This document shows, piece after piece, positions 9,688 through 19,828 of a stretch of DNA of 64,000 nucleotides. The position numbers were made by a program, and so were the translations under genes. Under the pieces are notes generated by a model. That model searched no databases. It was not told the origin of the DNA and was given only the letters and a program-made list of their open reading frames with translations. How positions within the stretch are numbered: position 1 is the stretch's first letter; each line of letters begins with the position of its first letter. The DNA lies in the IMG/VR virus record IMGVR_UViG_3300030103_005357, positions 41,624 to 105,623 of that record; one strand, given 5' to 3'. Source of the stretch: a virus.

Positions 9688-12243
9688 ATGCCTTTATACG
9701 AATTTCAGCCATCTTTTACTGTCGATCAAACGGATTTGAGTTTAACATCTACAGGTAGCGGAGTACACCTTAACAAAGCTGTTACTGTCAATTTAGGCAT
9801 CTTGGATAGGGTTAGTGGAGTTGTAGAGAGCAATACAGACTTGTTATCAAACTCTTATATTAATAATATTAATGTAGATATTCTTAACATTGATGGGACT
9901 GTCAAGCATCAAAATTTCCTTACTGATTACAAGTCTAATCTATTTACTATAACAGAGTATGATAATATCAATGTCTTTGGCCAATACACCAAGGATTTTG
10001 GCATAAGAGCTACTGTTTTGGAAAGTTCTCAGACTCACACCTCTGAATTTTATCTTTATGGTAATACTCTTGAATTTAGTGGTATAACAATTAGAGATTC
10101 AACAGGTACGACCTCTCATACTGGATCTCAAAGCAGTAAGACGGCTGTAAATGCGACTGGTCAGACTGGGATTTTAACTAGTACTATCACATTCAATAAT
10201 GATAAACTTTACACATCTTTTGACAAAGTAGACATTTACAGTTCTACTGGATCGGATGCGTTCGTTAATCAGAGCGGCCTCACCCCAGTTTTTTCGCGTA
10301 ACTTAAATAACGCGCCTATTCAATCATTTAATATTCCAGAGGGTATATTACCTCCCGATACTGGTATATATCTCCACTTTGTTCCCTATAGTCAGGTTGG
10401 CCAAGGTGAAGCTTGGACCGTTGGTCCATACACTTTTAAAAATAACCCTGTAGCTTCTAACCCTTTTGTCACCGAAGTCACCAGCGGTGACATTACAGGA
10501 GCTTTGGGCTTCACACCCTTAAGTGGTGTTTCGAGTTCCGTTAGAACGGTCACCGCTGGCGGCAATACCCTTGACTCTAGTGAGACGTTAGCGTTTACGG
10601 CGGGTTCGAATATGCAAATTACGGAATCTGCTGGTGCGGTCACCATTGCGGTAGACGGTTCCTCTCAATTACCCACTGCAACGATCCCTAACCTTGCAGC
10701 TTCGAAAATCACCTCTGGAACCCTAGCTGACGCTCGCATCCCAAGCCTCGCGGCTTCGAAGATTACCTCTGGAACCCTAGCTGACGCTAGAATTTCTCAG
10801 GGTAGCGTCACGCAACACCAAGCCGCGCTGTCTATTACTGAATCGCAGATTAGCGATCTTGGGTCATACATTACGTCAGTAAGAACGGTAACCGCTGGCG
10901 GCAATACCCTTGGCGCGGGTGAGACGTTAGCGTTTACAGCGGGTTCGAATGTGCAAATTACAGAGTCTGCTGGTGCGGTTAGCATTGCGTCAGTCTCCAG
11001 TCTAAACGCAGGTCGTTTATTAGTTGGTAACTCCAGTAATGAGGCCGCAGTGGATGATACTGTTTATATTGATACTACTAATGGTAGGGCTGGTATAAAT
11101 ACAAGCAGTCCAGACTATCTTTTAGATATAGGAGGCGATACAGCTAGCGCTAATAACACAATCAGAATGGTTCAAGCTAATAATGGAACCGCTATAAGAA
11201 TAGGCGCTGGAGGAGGTAGTAATGATGTAAACCTTTTGAGGGTTGATGGAGACACTAGCACTAACAAGGGAGAGAGTGACTCTAGTAATTACGGGTTCTC
11301 TCTAAGATACAAAGGTTCAGGCTCAGGAGCTAATAACGCTTTATCATTTTTTGCTGATAATTCAAATGCTGGTTCTCAAATTGAAGCTCTTACTATTTTA
11401 AATGATGGTAAAGTGGGTATAAATACAGCGAGTCCATCTCATCCGCTAGATGTTAATGGTACACTTAGGTCTGTTGGAAACGCGACCTTCGATGCAAATG
11501 TTAATGCGGGTGGAGTCATAACTACTGGCGGAAATACAGAAGCCGAAGTAAAGAGTTGGCTACATGCAGGGAGACAGTGGTCATTCTCAGGTCTACCATT
11601 CTTTAACAAAACTTCAGGATCTACAGCTCAAAGACTAGATGGGGCATTTATGGCAGATCTCAATACAGGATCTGCTGCTAGTAGACGAGCGCAAGCAGTA
11701 TTTGGAGCAGGATTCAACGATATATCTGGTTATAGTGGAGCTGGTACTGATTATAGTAGAGCTATAGGAGCATCTATTAAAGTTGGGTTCTTCATTTCTG
11801 GTCAGAATTCTGCTAGCGTTATATTTGCGGTTGGTTTAGCTTCTACTTCAGGTGTTTTTGCTGATGCTGATCCAATTTCTAATTATGGATTTGGTGTAGA
11901 GTTTAGAAGAGGTTCTGGCAGCACAACTGAATGGAGGGTATTCGCGCACGATGGAACATCATTCTCTGCTTCCACTTTTACTAGTACTGGTATCACACAT
12001 TCCGTTGATCCTCGTACTATTGCTATCTACAGCGATGGAGCTGGCAACATTACAGCTTACACAGCGATGTATGGATCTACAAGTTATACAACAGCAACAA
12101 CAACAGGAGGTCCAACAGCAACTTCTGGCACAAGCACATCAACCAATATGCTTGGTCTTCGATGCAACACTAACGCTAGCAGTTATGTAAGTGGCGCTCA
12201 TGCAAAAGCTAGAGCAATGGCTGTTAACTTATTTGCAGAATAA
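9688..12243 (+). CDS. Tail fibre protein
   Basis: Gly/Ser/Thr-rich, GINTSSP / GINTASPSHPLDV fibre motifs, internal repeats, follows gpJ. Confidence 0.8.
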   Translation: MPLYEFQPSFTVDQTDLSLTSTGSGVHLNKAVTVNLGILDRVSGVVESNTDLLSNSYINNINVDILNIDGTVKHQNFLTDYKSNLFTITEYDNINVFGQYTKDFGIRATVLESSQTHTSEFYLYGNTLEFSGITIRDSTGTTSHTGSQSSKTAVNATGQTGILTSTITFNNDKLYTSFDKVDIYSSTGSDAFVNQSGLTPVFSRNLNNAPIQSFNIPEGILPPDTGIYLHFVPYSQVGQGEAWTVGPYTFKNNPVASNPFVTEVTSGDITGALGFTPLSGVSSSVRTVTAGGNTLDSSETLAFTAGSNMQITESAGAVTIAVDGSSQLPTATIPNLAASKITSGTLADARIPSLAASKITSGTLADARISQGSVTQHQAALSITESQISDLGSYITSVRTVTAGGNTLGAGETLAFTAGSNVQITESAGAVSIASVSSLNAGRLLVGNSSNEAAVDDTVYIDTTNGRAGINTSSPDYLLDIGGDTASANNTIRMVQANNGTAIRIGAGGGSNDVNLLRVDGDTSTNKGESDSSNYGFSLRYKGSGSGANNALSFFADNSNAGSQIEALTILNDGKVGINTASPSHPLDVNGTLRSVGNATFDANVNAGGVITTGGNTEAEVKSWLHAGRQWSFSGLPFFNKTSGSTAQRLDGAFMADLNTGSAASRRAQAVFGAGFNDISGYSGAGTDYSRAIGASIKVGFFISGQNSASVIFAVGLASTSGVFADADPISNYGFGVEFRRGSGSTTEWRVFAHDGTSFSASTFTSTGITHSVDPRTIAIYSDGAGNITAYTAMYGSTSYTTATTTGGPTATSGTSTSTNMLGLRCNTNASSYVSGAHAKARAMAVNLFAE
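10538..10980 (+). repeat. Internal coding repeats of tail fibre
   Basis: SVRTVTAGGNTL..ETLAFTAGSN.QITESAGAV twice (about 10538 and 10876); LAASKITSGTLADARI twice in tandem (about 10693-10794). Confidence 0.9.
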
Positions 12244-12249
12244 TTAAAA

Positions 12250-12627
12250 ATGAATATTAACAATAAAACCCAATTACAATCAGACCTTAACTGTATTCAA
12301 GCAGGTATAGATAAAAGCGAAGAAGCAGTGGGGATAGCTATTGATCGCTTGAATCAAGCTCATAAACAGTTTTGGTCTTTCCCCGATGATCGTCTAGAAG
12401 CGGTATTGCAGCAATTATACGATGACAACTCTCTTAATGATTTATTCGTTAATCATAGTGGCTATGCTGTTGATTTGAATTCTCTAGCTGAGAACCATAC
12501 TGATATAGTTAAAAGAGCAAGGGTAGGCGCAAATAGAGAGTTTACTATTAGTAATGATATTGTTACGCTGACTCCAGAACCTGTTGATCCATTACCTCCT
12601 GAACCCACTGGCTCACCAGATGTTTAA
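12250..12627 (+). CDS. Hypothetical protein, possible tail fibre chaperone
   Basis: Directly downstream of fibre gene. Confidence 0.5.
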   Translation: MNINNKTQLQSDLNCIQAGIDKSEEAVGIAIDRLNQAHKQFWSFPDDRLEAVLQQLYDDNSLNDLFVNHSGYAVDLNSLAENHTDIVKRARVGANREFTISNDIVTLTPEPVDPLPPEPTGSPDV

Positions 12628-12670
12628 AAACCGTTGAAAATTTTGTTGGTATCAATATTATTAAATAACA

Positions 12671-12865
12671 ATGAACGAAATTAAAATCTCTCTACAGGAA
12701 AATGAAGCTAACGTACTTGTGCAACTTATTGATGTAGCAATCAAGGCCCAAGGTCTTCAAGTTGCTGAAGCGGGATCATTTCTCGCTACTAAAATTGAAG
12801 AACAAATGAAAGAGCAAACTGCCCCACAAGAAGAAGTAGTAGGGGCAGAAAAGCAAGCTCAATAA
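12671..12865 (+). CDS. Small hypothetical protein
   Basis: 64-aa ORF typical of those following fibre genes. Confidence 0.55.
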   Translation: MNEIKISLQENEANVLVQLIDVAIKAQGLQVAEAGSFLATKIEEQMKEQTAPQEEVVGAEKQAQ

Positions 12866-12929
12866 ATTCTTTTCAAAAAACATTGACAGCCCCACCATAG
12901 ATCGTTATGGTTGGGCTGTTACGTTAAAT

Positions 12930-13232
12930 ATGAGTCAAGAAATCGTAAATATCTCAGTCAATAAATCCGACATATTCAATTATGTTGTGGGTAAAGCTTC
13001 TTATGATCCAATCGAGAAGTGTATCGATCCAACTCTATACGAAACGTATTCTGATTTTATCTTGCGTCATGATGGAGATCAGCAGGAATACATCTACCAA
13101 GATAGAGATTATGAACTGTTCTACAAGGAGATGAGTAAACTAAAAAAACTATCCAAAGGTATGAGCGGAGGCGAAATCATTCGTATTTGTGAAGAATTAG
13201 AAGAGATGGCCCCTAAAACAATCAGCTTATAA
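12930..13232 (+). CDS. Hypothetical protein
   Basis: 100-aa ORF downstream of TTGACA-17-TATGGT. Confidence 0.6.
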   Translation: MSQEIVNISVNKSDIFNYVVGKASYDPIEKCIDPTLYETYSDFILRHDGDQQEYIYQDRDYELFYKEMSKLKKLSKGMSGGEIIRICEELEEMAPKTISL

Positions 13233-13235
13233 GAC

Positions 13236-13625
13236 ATGCTACAAAGACAAGAATTTATGGAATACGAAGAAATATGTGAATTAGTGATTGAGTGGGGGGA
13301 GAGTAAAGGAATTTTTGATTCATCTACTCCACTTCGCCAACTAGACAAGACGCAAGAAGAGCTTGATGAAACAAGAGCAGCTTTAAAAAAGCTAAATAAT
13401 CTTGATCGTCAGCCTGAACTTATGGAAGTTCTTGGAATGCCTACTTCAAATAAAGAGGATATTCTTGCAGAAGTTAAAGATGGCATTGGTGACATGTTAG
13501 TGACTATTGTTTTACTAGCAGAAATGGTAGGTATGGATAGTACAGATTGTTTGCAAGCGGCTTATGATGTAATTAAAAGCCGCACTGGTAAGATGATAGA
13601 TGGGCAATTTGTTAAAGATAATTAA
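13236..13625 (+). CDS. MazG-like nucleotide pyrophosphohydrolase
   Basis: KTQEELDE...KDGIGDMLVT...CLQAAYDVIKSRTGKMIDGQFVK. Confidence 0.85.
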   Translation: MLQRQEFMEYEEICELVIEWGESKGIFDSSTPLRQLDKTQEELDETRAALKKLNNLDRQPELMEVLGMPTSNKEDILAEVKDGIGDMLVTIVLLAEMVGMDSTDCLQAAYDVIKSRTGKMIDGQFVKDN

Positions 13626-13647
13626 AAAACATTTAAATTAATTTAAA

Positions 13648-13779
13648 ATGAGAAAAGCAGTAGTTTTTGAGAAAAAAAAGAGGATCAAGAGGAAAGGTAT
13701 TCATGCTAAAAGCAAGACATCCACCACTAAAACATCCACAAATTATAAAAAACCTTATAGAGGCCAAGGAAAAATTTGA
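13648..13779 (+). CDS. Small basic protein (43 aa)
   Basis: MRKAVVFEKKKRIKRKGIHAKSK...YKKPYRGQGKI; below ORF-track cutoff. Confidence 0.55.
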   Translation: MRKAVVFEKKKRIKRKGIHAKSKTSTTKTSTNYKKPYRGQGKI

Positions 13780-13809
13780 TTTTTGGCGGTTTTAGGTGTA
13801 ATATAATAT

Positions 13810-14004
13810 ATGGACGCTATTATTTCTCTTGTCGAGGGCGAAGCTTGGTTTAATTGGGTTACCGCTGTTATTGCAGCAGCATCAATTATCGCCGCTGCCA
13901 GCCCAACTCCAAAAAAAGGTTCTTGGTTATCTAAAGTTTATTCCGTTATCGATTTTCTAGCTGTAAATGTCGGAAAAGCTAAGGATAAATCTGAAGATAA
14001 GTAA
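13810..14004 (+). CDS. Small membrane protein, possible holin
   Basis: Hydrophobic WVTAVIAAASIIAAA, TPKK, basic C-terminus; preceded by GTGTAA-N8-ATG. Confidence 0.5.
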   Translation: MDAIISLVEGEAWFNWVTAVIAAASIIAAASPTPKKGSWLSKVYSVIDFLAVNVGKAKDKSEDK

Positions 14005-14032
14005 TACTTTTTAGTATATTAAAACCTTAATC

Positions 14033-14070
14033 TCCCTCACTCTGAATATTCGGGGTGAGGGAATTTTTTT
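14033..14070 (+). terminator. Intrinsic terminator
   Basis: TCCCTCACTCTGAA/TTCGGGGTGAGGGA stem followed by T7. Confidence 0.75.
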
Positions 14071-14139
14071 GCCAAAACCTTTTCACCAAGGGCAAATATT
14101 CTCTTGACAATCTAGAGGTAAATAGTGTAATACATACAC

Positions 14140-14391
14140 ATGAAGATTACAGGTAAGCAGGAAGTCGAAATTGAGATTTCCCAAGGCCAAAGACACTTGA
14201 TTGCTCTTGATTATATTTCAGAGGTATTTGATTGGGACTCAGACTACTTTATTGAGGATGGTTGGGTAATTAAGCGTGATATAGCTCACACCTCACACTC
14301 ATTTGAGATTAAGAATAAAGTGAGGGAAGCGAGCAAGCGCGATCAATGTCTGTATGACATCTTCAAAACTTTGAAAAGACAAGCTTTTTAA
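14140..14391 (+). CDS. Hypothetical protein
   Basis: 83-aa ORF. Confidence 0.6.
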   Translation: MKITGKQEVEIEISQGQRHLIALDYISEVFDWDSDYFIEDGWVIKRDIAHTSHSFEIKNKVREASKRDQCLYDIFKTLKRQAF

Positions 14392-14633
14392 CCGTTAAAT
14401 GAGGAACCGTCCCCAGTGTAACGTAAACCAGCATCAAAGGGGGAAATATAGAGAGACTCGTTTTGATTTAAATCTCTGATCTTCTTATTGAATTCTCTGG
14501 AAATATGATCATCCAATTCCCTATGAGGCATGTTACCGCTGTAAAAGGTAAGGATTTCCGATCTATAATTAGTCCAAGCCTCTGAAGAGCTAGAGAAGTC
14601 TACATGTATTCTTGATTGAGTTAATCGTGGCAT
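14388..14633 (-). CDS. Hypothetical protein
   Basis: 81-aa ORF co-oriented with 14637..15170. Confidence 0.55.
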   Translation of the reverse strand: MPRLTQSRIHVDFSSSSEAWTNYRSEILTFYSGNMPHRELDDHISREFNKKIRDLNQNESLYISPFDAGLRYTGDGSSFNG

Positions 14634-14636
14634 TTC

Positions 14637-15170
14637 TTATTCTCCTTTAGCCCTTTTAATTTGGTCTGCGGTGGGCGCACCTTTGTCGCCTTTCTTTCTC
14701 ATTTTCTCACCAGAACCACTCTTGATCCGCTCTTTCTTTTTTCTGATGTTTTCCCACAAGCTGCTATCAGACTTCTCCTTCTCCTTCTCTTTTTCCTTCT
14801 CCTTTAAGATCTCGTCATGGCGCTTCATGAACGTTTTATGATCTGGTCCAGCCATATATAAAGTCTTACCATCTTTTGTTTTGTGAGGGTGGATACCCTT
14901 AAGACCTAACTTCTTAGCGTCCTTCAGAGCCTCCTCTTTTGTTTCAAAGTAGTGCTGCATTACATTAGGCGCTGCGCTAGAGAAAAACAAAATCTTATCT
15001 TCGTCCCCAAGAACTACGGAAGCTTTACTTTCAGCATCTTGGAATTGAGAAGAGCAAACAGCAATCCTTTGCTTGATATCTTTGAACTCGTCCTTGGCTG
15101 CAATATCAACCATACAGCGGCTCATAAATTTAGATTTTTTTTCTCCGTTTTTAGGTGTTGGTAAAGGCAT
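14637..15170 (-). CDS. Basic hypothetical protein, possibly virion-associated
   Basis: MPLPTPKNGEKKSKFMSRCM start, KE repeat, LWENIRKK...GAPT end; GTGTAA-N8-ATG upstream. Confidence 0.65.
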   Translation of the reverse strand: MPLPTPKNGEKKSKFMSRCMVDIAAKDEFKDIKQRIAVCSSQFQDAESKASVVLGDEDKILFFSSAAPNVMQHYFETKEEALKDAKKLGLKGIHPHKTKDGKTLYMAGPDHKTFMKRHDEILKEKEKEKEKEKSDSSLWENIRKKKERIKSGSGEKMRKKGDKGAPTADQIKRAKGE

Positions 15171-15194
15171 ACTAATTGTTACACCTAAAATGTG

Positions 15195-15494
15195 TTATTT
15201 TTTCACTTTTTTTAAGTGCGTGTTTTCAAGAACCCAAGGAATCACAAGATTCTCAACACACCTCACATAAGCTTCTTCGTCGTTTATTTCCATGAAGGCT
15301 AAACCTGTCATCTCAAAAATCATGTGAGTTGCTTCATGAACCAAGGTCCACCAGTGCTGTTCTGGATCTGTTAGGCATTTTTTATTCAATTTAATTACCT
15401 TATCATCCATCAAACATTCTCCCCAATCTTCCATTTCCTCGTAAATAATTTTAATCTTCTTGCTGAGAATGTTTACGGAAGAAAGCCTCTTCAT
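15195..15494 (-). CDS. Small HEXXH metallopeptidase-like protein
   Basis: TLVHEATH motif with downstream EE. Confidence 0.65.
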   Translation of the reverse strand: MKRLSSVNILSKKIKIIYEEMEDWGECLMDDKVIKLNKKCLTDPEQHWWTLVHEATHMIFEMTGLAFMEINDEEAYVRCVENLVIPWVLENTHLKKVKK

Positions 15495-15549
15495 ACCTAT
15501 GATTACACTTAATTCTTGACATTTTTGAGTATTTAATTAAAATAAAAAT

Positions 15550-15774
15550 ATGAGCCTACAAGAGGAATTGGATTTAATTAAGAAAGCTAAAGTATCCGTA
15601 GCGGAGATAGACCTAAAAAAACGAAAGGTTTTCGATGATTTAATTAAAAAAATTGAACCTTCTGGCAGATTAGAAAGCACAATGTGGGATTATGTGATGG
15701 CTGGAATAAACTGTTACGAATACGATCTAGAAACTCTGCTAAAAAATAGGCGAAAAAATCTTGACCCTGAGTAG
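15550..15774 (+). CDS. Hypothetical protein
   Basis: 74-aa ORF after TTGACA-17-TAAAAT. Confidence 0.55.
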   Translation: MSLQEELDLIKKAKVSVAEIDLKKRKVFDDLIKKIEPSGRLESTMWDYVMAGINCYEYDLETLLKNRRKNLDPE

Positions 15775-15797
15775 CCATCCATTATACTCACGGAGTT

Positions 15798-16295
15798 ATG
15801 AATATATTCTGTTTAGACAAAGATCCAGAAATTGCCGCTCGCCAGCATTGTGACAAACACTGTGTCAAGATGATTCTTGAATGCAATCAACTTCTCTGCA
15901 CGACATTTTGGATGCAGGGTCTTGAAGCTCCATACAAGAAGACTCACTACAATCACCCATCTGCGATTTGGGCTAGAGAGTCTCGCGGAAACTTCGAATG
16001 GCTTGTTCAACACGCCGCCGCCTTACTTAACGAATATACTAAGAGATATGGCAAACGCCATAAAAGCACAGATACTTTTATTTGGATTCTGGAGAACAAG
16101 CACCGCTTACACTTTGATAAGCAAGAGCAAACAGAATTCGCTATAGCTATTTCTCAAGACCAAAGGTGCAGAAAACTTCCAAACTTTGACGAACTCCCTG
16201 TAGTCGAAAAGTATCGCGAGTATTATAATCACGACAAATCTTACATGGCTAAATGGCAATACAGCGAAACACCAAAGTGGTATACCGTAAAATAA
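15798..16295 (+). CDS. Pyrimidine-dimer DNA glycosylase / endonuclease V-like protein
   Basis: MNIFCLD...DKHCVKMILE..QLL, HYNHPSAIWARES, EYTKRYGKRH. Confidence 0.8.
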   Translation: MNIFCLDKDPEIAARQHCDKHCVKMILECNQLLCTTFWMQGLEAPYKKTHYNHPSAIWARESRGNFEWLVQHAAALLNEYTKRYGKRHKSTDTFIWILENKHRLHFDKQEQTEFAIAISQDQRCRKLPNFDELPVVEKYREYYNHDKSYMAKWQYSETPKWYTVK

Positions 16296-16398
16296 AAAAA
16301 ATAATATCTGGAGCCACATTTTTTTCTTTAGTTACTGGATACGCTATTGGAATTTGGGTTTCAATTTTGCTGATTTGTATAAAAGAATACTTTAATTT

Positions 16399-17169
16399 AT
16401 GAGATTATCTGATAATGCTAAAGTAGCTTTTCTAAATCTCAGTTTAGATTCCTTCAATCAGAAGCGGATTTGGAAAAAATTCTTTGATGATGGAGATGAA
16501 GAAACCTTCAACCTTTATATCCACTCTAAAAATAAAAAGTGTTCTGTATTCAAAGACTACTTCATTAAGAATACTGTCCCTACAAAGTGGGGGCAGTTCT
16601 CTCTGGTGGAGGCTACTGTAGAGCTAATGAAATCTGCGTTATCAGACGAACAGAATGAATACTTTACACTGATTAGTGATTCTCACTTACCTTTGTACAG
16701 CCTAAATGAGACTGTAGATTCTATAAAGCAAAGATATGACATCTTAACATTCACAAAACACTTTAGTTTTCATACCAAAGTGAAGAGTCAAAAGATTTTT
16801 AAAGAGGGGATCAAAGGCTACGATTTTGGTGAGTATAATGCTGTTTGCCAGTTTTTTGTCTGTCGAAGAAGAGATGTTGAAATATTTATTGAGACTTTTG
16901 AACATTGGTCTCAGTTCTTTGTGAAAGAAAAAGTTGTATTCGCTGATGAGTTTTATTTTTGGGGAGTAGCGAAGCAGTTGGAGATGGATTTTAAGATGGG
17001 TCAAGCAACAACTTATTCTGATTGGAGCTTTAGGAAATTACCTGATGGTAAATTGGAGCGAAACCCAAAAGCTTTCATTACATTCAATAAGGCTATGCTT
17101 GAAAGCTACAGAAACCAAGGCTTCTTGTATGCTAGGAAAGTAATGCCAAGCACTTTAATAACATTTTGA
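16399..17169 (+). CDS. Core-2/I-branching beta-1,6-GlcNAc transferase family (GT14-like)
   Basis: LYIH, TKWGQFSLVEA, LISDSHLPL, ADEFYF, FLYARK. Confidence 0.8.
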   Translation: MRLSDNAKVAFLNLSLDSFNQKRIWKKFFDDGDEETFNLYIHSKNKKCSVFKDYFIKNTVPTKWGQFSLVEATVELMKSALSDEQNEYFTLISDSHLPLYSLNETVDSIKQRYDILTFTKHFSFHTKVKSQKIFKEGIKGYDFGEYNAVCQFFVCRRRDVEIFIETFEHWSQFFVKEKVVFADEFYFWGVAKQLEMDFKMGQATTYSDWSFRKLPDGKLERNPKAFITFNKAMLESYRNQGFLYARKVMPSTLITF

Positions 17170-17178
17170 TTTAAAAAC

Positions 17179-17796
17179 ATGAAAAATACAGTAGAATTAC
17201 TTGGGTATTATGGATCTGATGAGGTCATCGCTTGTAGCGCATGGACTTCAACAAGTAGAGAGTTAGATGAAAAGAAAAGAGAGAGAATTCCGAAGCTCAT
17301 CGACATGCTTTGGAGTAACGGACATGAGACACCCTTTGAGAAGGGCAGCGTACACTTTCTTGTTGATTGTGATATTGCCAGTCATATACATTTGCTTAAA
17401 CATAGGATTTCTTCGCTCAATGCTGAATCGGCTCGCTACAAAGAGCTTAAAGAAAATAAAATGTTTATTCCTGAAGATTGGCCAGCATTTTGGCAGAGGG
17501 TCTTAGAAGAGTATACCGAAGACGGAAATAGGCTTTACCATAAATGTATTGCTGATCTTGAGCCAGAGTTAGGTCGCAAACGAGCAAAAGAATCCGCACG
17601 GTTCTTTAAGACTTACAATAGTCGCATTCAAGCAGACGTTCAATTCAACATGAGAAGCTTTGCTAACTTCCTAAAACTTAGGAATAGCGAACACGCTCAA
17701 AAAGAAATAAGAGAAATTGCTCAAAAAATGCTTGACTTGGTTGAGAATATCGAAGAAAATCCGTTCAGACATACCTTAAATAGTTGGGGTTATTAA
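17179..17796 (+). CDS. thyX: FAD-dependent thymidylate synthase
   Basis: GHETPFE, KHRISSLNAESARY, NMRSFANFLKLR..HAQKEIR. Confidence 0.92.
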   Translation: MKNTVELLGYYGSDEVIACSAWTSTSRELDEKKRERIPKLIDMLWSNGHETPFEKGSVHFLVDCDIASHIHLLKHRISSLNAESARYKELKENKMFIPEDWPAFWQRVLEEYTEDGNRLYHKCIADLEPELGRKRAKESARFFKTYNSRIQADVQFNMRSFANFLKLRNSEHAQKEIREIAQKMLDLVENIEENPFRHTLNSWGY

Positions 17797-17799
17797 ATT

Positions 17800-18033
17800 A
17801 TGCAAATTAAAAAAATTGAACTTCGCTCTCTTCAGCAAGTTCGCACTTACGAGTTGGAGGACGGAGATATCATTGATAACTTTGGTTCTATAGAAAGATT
17901 CCAGAAGATCCTTGATGATTCCGAACAACCTACAGAGGAGGAAAATGAAATGTTATCTAACATTCTGAGCGATTGTCCAATAGAGGAAGACAATATTATG
18001 GGTGATATTGAAGAGTCGTTTTTTGAATATTAA
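17800..18033 (+). CDS. Acidic hypothetical protein
   Basis: 77-aa ORF in operon. Confidence 0.55.
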   Translation: MQIKKIELRSLQQVRTYELEDGDIIDNFGSIERFQKILDDSEQPTEEENEMLSNILSDCPIEEDNIMGDIEESFFEY

Positions 18034-18109
18034 AGATTAAAAATGGATACTGAAGCGCTCGCTTTATTAATCGCACTTATTGCAATGTTAGTATTGCTCA
18101 TTCAATGTT

Positions 18110-18835
18110 TTGATGGCTAAAAATTCGTATATGAATGATCTTATCAATCTTTTCCGTCAGGAAACTCAGCGGCCCATTCTATTTTATAGAATACCAAAAA
18201 ATGCCAGCACAAGCATTTATAATCATATTGGTCATTTTAATATCGTTAAGCAGTATTACAAAAAGGTATTTGATAACGCTGATCAAGAAGTTTATTACAA
18301 TTGGTTCTGCCCTTCTCACAGTACGCCTGAAGAGTTGTGTGAAACAATTGAGGAGAAAATGGGAAATTGCATAAGATTTTGTGTCATTAGAAACCCTTGG
18401 GATAGAATGGTTTCCTCTTTTAACCAAAATAGAAAGATTCAAAGTTGGAAATTAACTGGTCACAAACCTAATATGAGCTTCAAAGAGTTCTGTTCGTTGA
18501 TCCATGAAAACAAAAATAATAAGAAGTTTCTAGGTTCTAGACCCCAGATCGAATGGGCTTGTGGTAAATACCCTCCTCATGAAATATTAAGGTTTGAAAA
18601 CCTAAAATCTGATTTCGCTGCAATGGTTGAGAAATACAAATTAAAAGGATTCTCTAAAGAGTTGCCTCATCAGAATAAAACCGATCACCCTCATTTTTCT
18701 GAATGTTACGACTCAGAATCAAAAGAAATGATTGAGGATGTATTTTTGCAAGATATTAAAAAGTTTAATTATTCTTTCCCAGAAGATTCTGATTTTTCAA
18801 ATCCCAAGGGATCAGAAGGTTTTTTAAGAATATAA
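18110..18835 (+). CDS. Sulfotransferase family protein
   Basis: 5'-PSB RIPKNASTSI, 3'-PB IRNPWDRMVSSF, ILRFENL, D...FNY. Confidence 0.85.
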   Translation: MMAKNSYMNDLINLFRQETQRPILFYRIPKNASTSIYNHIGHFNIVKQYYKKVFDNADQEVYYNWFCPSHSTPEELCETIEEKMGNCIRFCVIRNPWDRMVSSFNQNRKIQSWKLTGHKPNMSFKEFCSLIHENKNNKKFLGSRPQIEWACGKYPPHEILRFENLKSDFAAMVEKYKLKGFSKELPHQNKTDHPHFSECYDSESKEMIEDVFLQDIKKFNYSFPEDSDFSNPKGSEGFLRI

Positions 18836-18845
18836 CATAAGATTA

Positions 18846-19028
18846 ATGAAGATAAAGAAAAAGAAATTAATTAAATACCTCAAAGAATGGGCCAAGGCCA
18901 GCGCGAGAGACGCTGAAGTTTACAGCGAGGACGGCGATTACGCACGGGCTTACGAGGCCATTATTATTGCGGATTTCATGAAGGACGATCTCATTAAGGG
19001 TATTGATTATGATTTCAATAATGAGTAA
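18846..19028 (+). CDS. Hypothetical protein
   Basis: 60-aa ORF. Confidence 0.5.
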   Translation: MKIKKKKLIKYLKEWAKASARDAEVYSEDGDYARAYEAIIIADFMKDDLIKGIDYDFNNE

Positions 19029-19031
19029 TAC

Positions 19032-19280
19032 ATGATGAATAAAAAATTAATAAAAATGGATGGCTACGATGACTGTATTGTCGGGGTAGTAGAGAGGGCT
19101 GGTCAAGAACCGATTCTCTGTTACGACAAAGAAGAAGTGCTTCACAAGCTAGAATCCCAAGGCATGAATAGAGACGAGGCAGAAGAGTTTTTTTATTTTA
19201 ATCAAATAGGAACGTGGATGGGTGACTCTACACCATGTTTTTTATCAAAAGAGCTTGACAAAGACGAGCTTCTATCTTAG
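19032..19280 (+). CDS. Conserved-looking phage hypothetical protein
   Basis: DGYDDCIVG...YD...EAEEFF.FN..G.WMG..TP pattern. Confidence 0.65.
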   Translation: MMNKKLIKMDGYDDCIVGVVERAGQEPILCYDKEEVLHKLESQGMNRDEAEEFFYFNQIGTWMGDSTPCFLSKELDKDELLS

Positions 19281-19305
19281 AGTACTGAAATCAAAGAAAG
19301 AAAAA

Positions 19306-19725
19306 ATGAAAACACAATTATTCTTAGCTGTATCACTAACGCTTTGTGCGCTTGCCACTTGGACTTCCTTTAAGACTCCTGAAGTTAAAACGGTAATTCA
19401 AGAGGAGATTATTTATCCAGAAAAAGTTGAGGCTTGCGTGTCTCTCACCAAGTTTCAACTGGAGAAAATGCTTAGTCATTTTAATGAAGACGATCACCCT
19501 TCCGAAATGAAGCGTTTTAAAAGTTTGGTTAAGAAAGATGTGAATGGTTGGAGAATCTCTTCAACTCATTTAGCTAAAGGCGCAGATGATTATCCACTTC
19601 CAGACGGTGATTTCCTAGTTGTTGATGCCTCGTTTATTGATTATCATGGGAATTTCAAAGATTGTATCACCTACGCTCACAGCTATCAAGATAATCACGA
19701 ATATATTGTGGTATCAGTCAAGTAA
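19306..19725 (+). CDS. Secreted or membrane-anchored hypothetical protein
   Basis: Signal-like MKTQLFLAVSLTLCALA; start adjusted. Confidence 0.6.
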   Translation: MKTQLFLAVSLTLCALATWTSFKTPEVKTVIQEEIIYPEKVEACVSLTKFQLEKMLSHFNEDDHPSEMKRFKSLVKKDVNGWRISSTHLAKGADDYPLPDGDFLVVDASFIDYHGNFKDCITYAHSYQDNHEYIVVSVK

Positions 19726-19730
19726 ATTTA

Positions 19731-19813
19731 GGCTCTGTGGCGGAATTGGTAGACGCTGCGGATTTAAAATCCGTTGATCCTAGATCGTGAGGGTTCGATC
19801 CCCTCCAGAGCTA
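19731..19813 (+). tRNA. tRNA-Leu(TAA)
   Basis: Cloverleaf with GCGGA-TT TAA AA-TCCGT arm, long variable arm, GGTTCGATCCC; no encoded CCA. Confidence 0.92.
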
Positions 19814-19828
19814 TTATCACTTTATTGT

